DNA from: Nemertoderma westbladi
Taxonomy: Eukaryota; Animalia; Xenacoelomorpha
NCBI GenBank assembly: GCA_032718475.1
Contig: JAUCBJ010002401.1
Coordinates: 1 to 36,564, forward strand
Reading direction: 5' to 3'
DNA: 36,564 bases
Part shown: piece after piece, positions 11,414 to 21,842 of the stretch
Numbering within the stretch: the first letter of the stretch is position 1
How the letters are laid out: every line of letters starts with the position of its first letter
Position numbers and translations under genes: made by a program
Notes under the pieces: generated by a model
What the model was told of the DNA's origin: nothing
The model's input: the letters and a program-made list of their open reading frames with translations, nothing else
The model's database searches: none

Positions 11414-11823
11414 CAGAATATGGTGTATTTATTAAATAGAATAAAAATGGCCTGCATGCATAGGAAGCAAATACATGCAACATTCGAATGCCCATATCTC
11501 AGGTACTTGTTATTATGTTAATATGTTTACATTTCTGGAATCCGTGCACGGTCAGCTTTCTATTGGTACCAACAAATCACGATAAGGTTCAAGAATAACT
11601 ACAGTGTAACTGATGAAATATGACCGGAGACACATTTTTTAAACGCTTGAGGAAAGCAAAAATAAAAATTCTGGCTCACCCACCCAGGAGGAGTTGAATG
11701 AAACTACTGTATCTCTGTTTCAAATTTCATACAATCTCATTAAGATTTGTAGAAAAAATTTGGTGGGGGGGGGGGGGGGGGGGCATTTACCAGAATAACG
11801 ACAGTATATTCCGGGGCATGGTG
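11414..11823 (-). repeat. Right terminal inverted repeat
   Basis: Reverse complement of 8631-9069, with an expanded G run at ~11765-11783. Confidence 0.92.
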
Positions 11824-13627
11824 TACAGAAATCTGTACTTAAGGCCGGAGTACATTAATTAATTAATTAAATAATTAAAGTTAAAAGAATGTGAGTTCTA
11901 GCTGCATTTTCAATGGGGGTCTTTCTAACTAAAGTAATAAAAACAGAAGAATGGCCATTTATTTCCATTGTAAGATTTTCATCCAAAATGATACACGTAG
12001 GCCTAACTACAGTACAGTATATAGAAAACGGACAATAATACAATCTATTTGATTTACGCAAAACATATTTGATGATGGATAAAGTCCACATTATTTGACT
12101 GTGTTGGTAGCAGATTTGTTCTTAACAGACGCAATCGTATTGTTTGTTAAATTAGATTTAGCTAATCAAATCCTATTCCTCTATAGCCCATTCGAGATTT
12201 GACCTATAGACTTTGGAAAACAACGCTATTACAGTAGTAGTAATAGCCTACATTTGAATAGACTCAGGCCTTATTGGCCTTCTTCATTATTTATTTCACA
12301 TTTTGTTTTTACTTTTTACATTCACAATAAATAATAACATTTTACAAAAGTTCCCAGCCAGTATGGAATAAGGCAACTCCAATGGGATTTATTTTTTGAT
12401 ATAGTTAATTAAACCCAGAGAAGAAAAGCAGGGCAGGGGATGGGGGGGGGGGGGGGGGTTGTCCCATTTCTCTTGTCCCATAGCAACTACAATCAAAATC
12501 GAAGTACAATTGTAATTTGCATATTGTTACTGGCAATCCATCCAACTTGAACCAACCAGGTTTCAGATGCTAGCTTAACAGGATGTGTTGCTGAGAATCA
12601 ATCAGCCCACACAGGATGTCTTTAATGCAACTCCAGGCCTAACAGTAAACCTTAACTGTAACTGTAATATATACAGTAGGCCTATTGTACCAATGTAATA
12701 TTGTCATTGCGGTAGTTGCATTTTACAGTGCCGGTATGCTGCTGACCTGTGTGGTGTGTTAAACGTACAAAAATAGTGATTGACTGGTGAAAATGTAGCC
12801 ACCAGAATGAGCAGGTTGCAGGATCACAATTAATAACATGTAGTCATACTGTATGTATATAGTTTGTTTAAAAATTGCAACATGCTACTGAAGAAATACT
12901 GTACATAAAATTATTGTTGCTGAATACGGTATTGTGGTTGAAATTTCTCAAATTTATACATATTTGAATGTCCTCATCAGAGAAATCGTTAATCGAGTTT
13001 CATTGCAAACTTTACAAGGTTAGCAATTTATACCCAAAATTTATACCAAATTTATACAGTAATAGGATTGATAGAGCATCAAAAAGAACAGGTTTATACC
13101 GAAAGCTAACGAATTTCACTCAACTAGTCAGAATTGATGCCAATATTTTACGTTTACTTGGCCACAAGGGCATGTCAACTAGTTGATCTTACAAGCAATT
13201 ATAAACGCACCGATACGGTGACAGATTGATAAACCGTATTATATATATATATAACCGTATGTATAAACCGTTATTAGTAACAACTGGTAGCAGGAGCTGA
13301 AGTCAAAACTAATTGAGATATTTATTTAATCATTTGGAATATTTGTAAAAATACGGCGACGGAAAAGCAATTGAAAGTTTTCAGTTCAGTGTCATCGTAA
13401 CAAATCATATTGAGCAGTAAGTAAAGTCTACAATACTCCGTTATTGAATGTACAGCAGTAATGCAATGTATTGTCGTCTAGATTATAAAATAAATACCTT
13501 ATATATACGGCTAAATAACAACTCGTTGTTAATCCTAAACAACGTTAAAAAGGTACAATAAAATTAATTACATATTATTACGGAACAATAACAGCAAGGC
13601 TACCAGTTGAAATTTTTATAACTTTTT

Positions 13628-13729
13628 GTTGGCCACAGCTTTGCAAAGTCGGCAATGACGTTCAGGTGGGATCGTTCTGGTGACCTCCGGGTTGGAAGTC
13701 TGACGCTCTAACCATTCAGCTAGCAGCTC
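13628..13729 (-). mobile_element. tRNA-derived SINE head fragment
   Basis: Minus strand reads GAGCTGCTAGCTGAATGGTTAGAGCGTCAGACTTCCAACCCGGAGGTCACCAGAACGATCCCA: A-box-like TAGCTGAATGG and a degenerate B box; no intact cloverleaf. Confidence 0.6.
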
Positions 13730-14378
13730 AGGTAAAAGATAGACCTGGAAATACTATCTGATACCTCTCATATGAAACCACTCATTCACCCATAACACCA
13801 ATTATAAAATTATAAATATACCGGTCGCAATTCTCTATGGGTGTGACTGTCCTACCTAAATTAGTAGTTAAGTGTATAATTAATCATTGTGTCCGTAATG
13901 GTTCATGGTTTAATATGCACTACCCTTTCATTGTACCGAGTGGTTAAAGTAGAGGGCAAAGTACTGTAGGGTTGAGCACTGTGGCAGCATATGATGGTAT
14001 TGACAGATGGGAGGCCACGAGGAGGTAAATTGCGGACATACAAGGTATCAGATAGAATTTCCAGGTCTATCTTTTACCTGAGCCGCTAACTGCCACTCAT
14101 TCACCCATAACACCGATAATAAAATGATATAGGTTACATTATGGCAATACCATGACTGGTTATATTTCCCGAGTTTTGCCGTATTTATTATACCGGTACT
14201 ATTTGTTAATAACTTGTGAGATAAACCGAACCATGTATTATCCATCTTGTAATATTACAGACTATGTATGGACGCCATGTATTATTCATTTTATTAATTT
14301 CCTTGATTAACCAATGTTGAAATTTGTATAAGATTTGAATGGGATACAACTAATTAACAATTAAACAATTAAACAGCT

Positions 14379-16124
14379 ATGGGTTGTATGAAATTTCTTA
14401 AAGCGAATTATAAACTACTTATTATCATTTTGGCTCCTATAATATTTTGCCCTTTACCTATTGTTCTACCAAGCAAACATTTTATATGCGCCTACTGTAT
14501 CCTAATCACCGCCACCTATTGGGTCTTCGAGGTTGTCCATATCAGCATCACGGCTCTGCTTCCTCTCTTCCTGTTCACAATGTTCGGAATCTCGTCTGCT
14601 ACATCTTTGTACTCAGCTTTCATGACCGATTCTACATTCAATATATTTGGTGCTTTGGTGTTAACAGCTGCTGTACAGAAATGGGACCTCCATAAACGGA
14701 TAGCTTTGGGTTTCCTTACACCGTTTCCACCGCAGCACCGCTGGTTGATGCTCGGCCTTATGATAATCACAGGTTTTCTATCGATGTGGTTTAGCAACAC
14801 GGCTGTTACAGCAATGATTACACCAATAGCCATTGCTATTCTTCTGGAGATCAGACAACAAAAGACCATAACCTACAGAGTTCATAGAAACAATGACAAT
14901 GACAACAACGATCCTGACCAGGATCACTCGTTAATGGAAATTATAGAGATTTCGGAACCATGTCCGGATAAACAATCGGAAACTCAAGACAAGAAACCAG
15001 ATGATGCCCAAACTGACTTTAAAATCGAACTCAGTGATATTAAAGAATTCACAACCCAAGAGAAAGCCTGTTTGTTATCTATTTGTTACGCGGCTAACAT
15101 TGGAGGTACAGCCACTCTCATTGGCACACCAACAAACCTCATTCTAGTTGGGGTTGTTGAGAAGTTGTATGACACAGACAGTCATCCGATATCATTCACA
15201 TCATGGATGTTGTATGCAACTCCAACTGCCGTTATCTGTATAATATTGGCGTGGTTTTGGTTGCAAGCAATTTACATCAGGTGCCAATGTAAACTCAGTC
15301 CTGATGAAAAGGCGAATTTGGTTCGAGTAAAGAGAATGCTAAGGACTCAATACAAAGCTTTAGGACCTATGAAGTTCTCTGAGGTTGCTGTTCTGTGTCA
15401 TTTCGTGGCACTGGTACTCCTATGGATGTTTCGCGATCCTAAAATATTTCCCGGGTGGTCGTATCTTTTATTGCCCGAAAATTACATATATATTCGGGAT
15501 GGTACAGTGGCCATGATAGTTGTCTTTAGTTTATTCATATTTCCTTCAGAAAAGCCGAACATGAACAGCAATAAACCTGTGCCCGCCCTCTTAGATTGGA
15601 CTTATATGGTCCACCATGTCAACTGGGGACTTGTACTGCTCCTGGGTGGGGGTTACGTCATGGCATTGGGTGTAAGGGAGTCTTGTTTATCAGAGTGGTT
15701 AGCTATTCAGTTCTTGGGATTAAAATCTCTTCCTCCATTATTAGTGATGTTTTTAATAACCACAACTGTGGGAATATTAACTGAACTTACCAGTAACACA
15801 TCAACCGCTAATATAATGCTCCCGATATTAGCTCAAATGGCGGAAGGTATTGGTGTTAATCCTTTATACCTTATGGTACCAGCGACCATGGCCTGTTCTT
15901 TTGCGTTTATGATGCCCATCTCGACACCTCCAAACGCCGTTGTTTTCGCTTACGGATCCCTAAGGATGATGGACATGGTTAAGGCTGGTATTATTATGAA
16001 TGTCGTCTGCATAGCAACTGTAATGTTAACAACTTCGACGCTTGGTGATGCTGTTTTCGGTCTTGGAGAACCAGCAACTTTTGGGAATCTTTCTGATGCT
16101 AATTCTTTAGAATGTGTATTTTAA
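14379..16124 (+). CDS. SLC13: SLC13-family Na+/di-tricarboxylate cotransporter (Indy/NaDC/NaCT-like), copy 1, single-exon CDS, 581 aa
   Basis: Multi-pass membrane ORF with family motifs W.LHKRIAL, FLSMWFSNTAVTAM, CYAANIGGTATLIGT..N, ELTSNTSTANIMLPIL, SFAFMMPISTPPNAVVF. The second hairpin motif is SNT, which favours a carboxylate over a sulfate carrier. Confidence 0.95.
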   Translation: MGCMKFLKANYKLLIIILAPIIFCPLPIVLPSKHFICAYCILITATYWVFEVVHISITALLPLFLFTMFGISSATSLYSAFMTDSTFNIFGALVLTAAVQKWDLHKRIALGFLTPFPPQHRWLMLGLMIITGFLSMWFSNTAVTAMITPIAIAILLEIRQQKTITYRVHRNNDNDNNDPDQDHSLMEIIEISEPCPDKQSETQDKKPDDAQTDFKIELSDIKEFTTQEKACLLSICYAANIGGTATLIGTPTNLILVGVVEKLYDTDSHPISFTSWMLYATPTAVICIILAWFWLQAIYIRCQCKLSPDEKANLVRVKRMLRTQYKALGPMKFSEVAVLCHFVALVLLWMFRDPKIFPGWSYLLLPENYIYIRDGTVAMIVVFSLFIFPSEKPNMNSNKPVPALLDWTYMVHHVNWGLVLLLGGGYVMALGVRESCLSEWLAIQFLGLKSLPPLLVMFLITTTVGILTELTSNTSTANIMLPILAQMAEGIGVNPLYLMVPATMACSFAFMMPISTPPNAVVFAYGSLRMMDMVKAGIIMNVVCIATVMLTTSTLGDAVFGLGEPATFGNLSDANSLECVF

Positions 16125-16494
16125 TATGCAATTTATGAGGAATGTTTTATTGTGGAAGATGAGCCATTGTGTTGAAGTGGCATTCCCTGGCGCATAAGAA
16201 GCCTAAAAGATTTCTCCATTCAATATCCAACTCTTTTTACATTGTAATGTGTGACAGTTATCACTATGATCACAAGTACTGTAAGTTATGATGTTATGTT
16301 AAGCTGAATGAAGTTGACTTGATTTTTGTTGGCTGAAGGAAGTTGACGTTATTTTTGTTGGCTGGAGGAAGTTGATGTTATTTTTGTTATCATATTATTC
16401 AGTCAATAATGTCTGTAATTAATGAGACTATATCAAAAGCTATTATAAATAACTATTAAGTGACCACGTGAATCTCAAATGATCACCGCGATTA

Positions 16495-16645
16495 ACATGG
16501 AATCCCATGAAATCTCAAGCAATCCCATGAATCTTAAGCAATCCCATTAAATAAGATATTGCATGAAATTTCAAGCAATCATATGAAATCACAAGTAATC
16601 ACATTAAATCTGAAAATATTGCATGAAATCTCATGCGATTACATA
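16495..16645. repeat. Degenerate ~21-bp tandem repeat (CATGAAATCTCAAGCAATC) in the 3' flank of SLC13 copy 1
   Basis: About 6-7 imperfect units; related sequence lies downstream of copy 2. Confidence 0.6.
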
Positions 16646-17354
16646 CACTTGATATTTCCATTATAAGATAAGTTAAGCCTACCTGTTTTAATTTTCCATT
16701 TATTCATGTGTAACCCCGTAATGTCATGTCCATGCCAAATCTGCCGTTAGTTGTTGAGAGGTCCGGCTTCTCCAGTCCTCAGACACACCGGATATCGCCA
16801 ATAAATCCAATGCAGGTCCTCATCAACATTCAATCTTCATTTAACAGCAGAAGAACTCGTCGAGGTGTTGTCTCATCCACACCATTTAGACTTTGCACCA
16901 ATATATCGAGACAAATGAAATTAATTATGCCGAATATGAACAGAAACACAACCGCCATGTTACAAAATCGTATAAATTACTTGAATGCGGACAATAATTT
17001 ACAGAGAATAGTCAGATACAGCTCAATTTAGATGTTCAGACAGGCATTTCAGATGAAGTGAGCAGAAACTGTGTGTGGAAATAGTGTGAGGTAAATGAAT
17101 ATTGTTCCCCGCAAACAATACGGCCCGCATGGCTGGCACCCTCCATGCCACAGTCAACCAGGTAAACATATGAAAAAAATGGGTTTGAGTGTCCAATGGT
17201 CAAAGTCACCTGGTGACAGAGAAAACGAGATCATTAGTCATAATTACATAATTGCAATAATAATCATGATTATTATTTCATTTCATGAACACGGCTATTC
17301 TAGCTCATAGAAGGATAATTTAAAAGTTATCAAAAAATAAAGACTTACTTCTGG

Positions 17355-18665
17355 GTATTATCTTTGTTGAATTCTTTATGGGTTTCGATTCAGTCTCTCG
17401 ATCACTTATGTCAACATACTTGAGCATATGGGATTCCTGATGAAATTATTGCAGCAATCAGATCAGTATAATATGATGGTTTGATGACATTTGTGTCTAC
17501 TGTTGACGGTGACACAGAACCATTTGAAGTGTTATGGGGCGTCCTCCAAGGAGACACACTTGTACCATTCTTGTTCATTATTGTGGTTGACTATGTTCTA
17601 CGCATGTCCTTAGATCATCATAGTGATGATGGGGTGATGGCAACTCCACCTACTGGCTCCAGAAGTCGAGGAAATCCTACCAAGTACCTAACTTATCTAG
17701 TCATAGATTTTATAGATTTATTTATACATTATGTAAAAACAATAAAAATACACCAAACAATGTACCGGTATAAAGGTATTGTCCAACATAACATATAGGA
17801 TTACCCCTAAAGCTTTGCAGCTTATTTCCAAGGGGGTCCTTTATGTTACTTGGTTACAAATACAAAATTACACTACGCTAACCTAAAACCAATATATAAC
17901 GTAATTACACTATGTACATGTACAACTTTACCGAGAGCGTGACAATGTCCGACTCAACGATAAAGATGTAATGTACAGAACAATTTATTATAAAACGTAA
18001 TTACAGTATAAATAGTAAATAATTAATAAACTAATAACTTACTGTAGGACTATTGTACCTATTTTTACATTGCACACGGAGATGAGATTTAACTGCAGAT
18101 TTAAAAGAATGTTGATTATTTAGGTTTTTAATTTCATTAGGCAGAGCGTTCCAATTTTTTATGCCGTTAAAAAAGAAAGTATCAGATTCAAAGGATTTAC
18201 AATTCGGGAGGTAGAAGTTTGAAGCACTAGCTCTGGTACTGTAAGAGTGTGTATCGCGTACTCTGTTGAATTTTTGTTTTAGGTAATTGGGACATTTACC
18301 ATTATACACTTTATGCACATGGTTAAGGCGTAGCTGCTTAACTCTACTATCTAAGTTAAGTAGTCCAGATTCAGAAAAGTCGTCTGGAGTTAGGTGGTGC
18401 CTAGGTTTGTAGTCTTTAATAAATCGTACTACTTTATTCTGAGCTACTTGTAATTTACATTTAAGCTGTTTGGTTAAGCCTTCATACCAAGAAGAGCATG
18501 CATCAGTCTTTACTGATGACTTTGGGGTACTCTCAGAATCACTAGAAGGAGCACAATGGATCCTTAGCGTATTAGAACAGGCTGCTTGTAGTGTTGGTTT
18601 TTTTGTTAACACCAAGAAGACGAACATTTTGACAGTGAACTTTGACACCCCTCAAGAAATATCTG
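17355..18665 (+). mobile_element. Decayed RTE-clade LINE RT, split into 17355-17702 and 18505-18665
   Basis: FDSVSR...AYGIPDEIIAAI...DGDTEPFEVLWGVLQGDTLVPFLFIIVVDYVLR...YLTYL, resuming VFTDDFGVLS...AACSVGFFVNTKKT after an insertion. Confidence 0.85.
17703..18504 (-). mobile_element. 5'-truncated L2/Crack-CR1 group LINE (ORF2 C-terminus, 3' UTR and tail) inserted in the RTE
   Basis: ACSSWYEGLTKQLKCKLQVAQNKVVRFI...CPNYL...HSYSTR...WNALPNEIK...FKSAVK, stop at 18031; 3' UTR hairpin-like GGACCCCCTTGGAAATAAG...AGGGTAATCC; AATAAA then AATCTAT repeats; AGTC on both sides. Confidence 0.85.
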
Positions 18666-18669
18666 ATCG

Positions 18670-20575
18670 CAAGGGCATAAGCTCCAGGGATGGCTTGCAT
18701 CAGCATGTGGATGACTCTGCTTCTTGGGATCACGGATTCGGAAGTCAGGTTAACACCTTCGGATACGCTAGGGAAAGGCATGGGCATCTTTGAATAGTCT
18801 ATTCAGTGTTTCATTAGTCTCCCAAGCTTGTGACTTCAATGGAACCGCTTCCACTTTGCAGGACATTGCTTTCGCCGTGAGGACCAGACTGTGCATAATC
18901 TTGTATCTTGGCAACCTCATGGAATAATTGTAGTGAATAAGCATGATAGTCCATGACTTTCTTAAAACGCCTCTTACAGGGCACTGGCCTTCTTAAAGAT
19001 GTGGATGAACTAGCAAATGTTATGGGTGAAAGGGAGTTGTGGTGGTGCAATTTCTATATATATAATGCAGGTAATTGTCAGAACCGGCATGTATATACCA
19101 TATAGGTTCGGACCCATGAGGAGACGAGGTCGGCTGAGCAGTTTTCAAATGGTCTGGATTTTTGTTCTTCTGTTAGTAAAGGTTCTCGAGGGAGACTGTG
19201 GTGGAGTTCCTGACAAGGTCCACAAGAGACAATGAGGTGGTGGATATCTTCACCAAGTTTGGGCCAAAAGACAACTAGTCGTGCACGTCTTTTGGTCTCT
19301 CAATCCCTTGATGGGATGCATGAGGTTAAGATGAGATTAAGGCAGCCTTGACTGCCTTGAATGCTGAATCATGGGTTGTTTCCCGCAGAAAGGAATTACT
19401 CAACTTGAGTGTTGAGAAGTGGTTGCAGTGGCATTGCTGTTGGGGTAATACATTTGGAGAAGTTGTCAAGGTGCTCAACCAGACCCAAAAAAAAAGGAGT
19501 GGAGTTGAGTAACATTTGTGGGTTTGGGGAAGTTAGCAATAGCAGAGAGTTTGCGAGGGTCTGTTTCCACCCCAGCACACGATACATAATATCCGGCAAA
19601 TTCAACCCGAGGTTCACCATACTGGAATTTCTTTGGGCTGAGGCTTATCCCAGAATCTCGACATCGTTGTAGAATAATGTGGATAAGGGTGATGCGAGAA
19701 GAATGATCTGGGGAAAATGAAAGGATGTCATCTACGATTTTCCTTGTGTGTTTGAGACCATGAAGGGCCAGGTCGCCAAGGAGGTAGTAGACATCTCCTG
19801 TCGAGTTTAGACCCAAGGGGGCCCTTATGTACTTGAAGCATCCCCAAGGTGTGGCAAATGTTGCCCTGGGAGGACTCATCCAGGGCAACCTGCCAGTAGC
19901 CATCAACTGCGCCCAGTGTAGAGAAGAAGGCCATACCCTGGGGTATGTCTGAGACAGCACTATGGGGGTCCTCATTGGATAGACAGGGTGACGGATGAAC
20001 CGGTTCAATTTTGTCAGATCAATAGTTATCCTAACCCCACTATATTTCTTTGGGGCGTCTACAAGTGGATGGCACCACTCAGGGGGCTCAGTGACAGGGA
20101 CACTGATCCCATTGAGTATCATATGATCAAGTTTGGACTTTAAGGGATCACGGTATGCAAGTGGGATTACCCGGGCACCCCTGACAGCAAAGGGTTGGAC
20201 ATCATCAACCAAGTCAATATCTGGGGTTGGCTGGTCTGTGTGTTGAGAGGGCCTGAAGTGTCAAAAACATCAGCATATTCGAGCAAGAGTTGCTCCAGGA
20301 CATTGTTTATAGCGGGGTTGGGAGTAGTGTCTAGTCCTTGAGATAATTTTGAACAGTTGGAGGGGAAGTTTATTGAAGTTATTAGTGAATTGTGGTAGGT
20401 AAAGATCCCTAAACTGGTACTCATTTCCCAGGATAACAGTATCCCATCATACTCATTGGTCACAATGACGTGGGTGTCATAAATTTGATTGCTGAATAAT
20501 ACTGTATATTGCAGGGAGCCAATAATTAAAAGGAAAAGTCCATTAGCTGCCTCAACAGTCGGAGTGATTGGTTGT
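18670..20575 (-). mobile_element. Decayed Ty3/Gypsy pol: protease C-terminus, RT and integrase; RNase H largely deleted
   Basis: AANG...ILLSW...LGI (protease end); EWCHPLV..PKK..GVRITIDLTKLN...GYWQV...TFATPWG...APLGL...IVDDIL...FAGY (RT); HASHQGIE...RARLVVFWP...SCGPCQ and RPFE..SADL (integrase, ~19330-19080). The PR-RT-IN order is Gypsy-like. Confidence 0.88.
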
Positions 20576-20585
20576 GAATTGGTAT

Positions 20586-20795
20586 TGTGGCTCCTCAACC
20601 GGGTAACGTGGCACCTCAACCGGCTAACATTGCTCCTCAACTGGGTAACGTGGCTCCTCAACCAGGTAACATCGCACTTCAGCCGGGTAACGTGGCTCCT
20701 CAATCGGGTAACGTGGCTCCTCAACCGGGTAACGTGGCTCTTCAACCAGGTAACGTGGCTCCAGGTAGAGTGCCACCCGCCGCCTCAACCTGGGT
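20586..20795. repeat. 21-bp minisatellite, ~9 copies (GTGGCTCCTCAACCGGGTAAC)
   Basis: Visible repetition; reads (VAPQPGN)n in one plus frame. Confidence 0.92.
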
Positions 20796-20839
20796 ACTAT
20801 AATTAATCAAAATACACAAACTGAAGGTAATTTATAGAG

Positions 20840-20948
20840 ATTGGAACAAAGTTCGCAATAATTGGAACAAAGTTCGCAACTAGGGGAACAATGTTCGCTA
20901 CCCGTTGGAACAACATTCGCAAAATTGCAATAGGAACAAAATTAGCGC
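20840..20948. repeat. Five spaced copies of GGAACAAAGTTCGC
   Basis: Copies at ~20843, 20864, 20885, 20906 and 20933. Confidence 0.8.
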
Positions 20949-21214
20949 CACCATTTTATACTTAGTCAACCCGACCGGCCACTGTTATGTTATTAATTCG
21001 ATTGACTTTGTTTTTTATAATGGTCCCGTCATCACTTGTTATTAGTCAGTCAGTCAGCCCCATTCATAACTATAATATATATGCGCCTATAATATATTCT
21101 AAACATATCATGTTTGTTTGATTGATTGACGGGTTTTCTATGCATCTTGTTCTTTTAATGTTTTGAATCCTCTTGACGGAATCCTGTCTAAACAATAATC
21201 AGTAATACCATCCT

Positions 21215-21461
21215 ATTGTTATGGTAACATAGTGCGAACCATATAAAAGGTCACACTCAAATATCTACTGTAGAGCTGAAATACTAAACGCCACCTAACG
21301 TTTAAAAAATAAATACATTATGCATAAATAAATATAGGAACTTCCATTAGAGCACTGATAGAAGTCATATTATATTTGGCGTCATCGCAACATAACAAAC
21401 AATTATATATATATTGGAAACGGTATCGATTCAAAGGGTTGTTGTAGACCAAGCCAACTAT
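21215..21461 (+). promoter_or_regulatory. Putative promoter of SLC13 copy 2; 21275-21461 is homologous to the STYXL1 upstream region
   Basis: X-box-like ATTGTTATGGTAAC (21215-21228), TATAAAAG (21242), then GCTGAAA.ACTAAACGCCACCTAACGTTTAAAAAATAAA...ATATAGGAACTTCC...CGTCAT.G.AACATAA...AGCCAACTAT shared with 27002-27174. Confidence 0.5.
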
Positions 21462-21842
21462 GACATTTTTACCTCTTTATGTAGGCCTATGTATAATCAT
21501 TCAGTAATATAAATGTCAATAATGGGTGATACAGGTTTATATTGTATTCAGGGCAGACCAAGGTGTACGTACACCTTGGGGCAGACCCTACATAGTCTCT
21601 CATCCCTTGGGTTCCTTGAATGCGGTCAAAGTCAATCACATTATGCTAGGTCTGGCGGAGCTGTATTGTGTATTCGAATATTATTCGCTGTGTTACTATT
21701 TGTTAGATAAACTGAACAATGTATTATACTATGGATGCATATTATGGATGAATGCATATTAATAATTTACTTTGATTAACCAAAGTTGAAATATGTAAAA
21801 TAATTGACTGAGATACATTTAATTAAACAGAAGGAATTAACT

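Larger units (their letters stand above)
8631..11823. mobile_element. Non-autonomous DNA transposon with long terminal inverted repeats and TA flanks; carries a SAP ORF and a CRE-like RT remnant
   Basis: 8631-9069 is the reverse complement of 11414-11823 (roughly 80-85% by eye). Termini are CACCATG...CATGGTG, flanked by TA at 8629-8630 and 11824-11825. Confidence 0.85.

Noticed and set aside
8631-11823. DIRS or Penelope-like retroelement with inverted repeats
   Set aside because: RT motifs are CRE-type; no tyrosine recombinase, RNase H or GIY-YIG domain seen.
11867-12091. ORF containing IILDENLT, resembling a LINE motif
   Set aside because: Too short and degraded to call.
12431-12458. G runs here, at ~11765-11783, and the C run at ~32660-32683 as G-quadruplex elements
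   Set aside because: Simple homopolymers of uncertain assembled length with no functional evidence.
13660-13729. Functional tRNA genes here and at 25245-25322
   Set aside because: No complete cloverleaf or intact T arm; better explained as SINE heads.
14379-16124. Horizontal transfer of a bacterial DASS transporter, suggested by the intronless CDS
   Set aside because: Length, N-terminus and the long internal loop resemble metazoan SLC13; a phylogeny would be decisive.
21804-21842. 13-aa N-terminal extension of SLC13 copy 2
   Set aside because: TTG start with no counterpart in copy 1; ATG 21843 is the homologous start.
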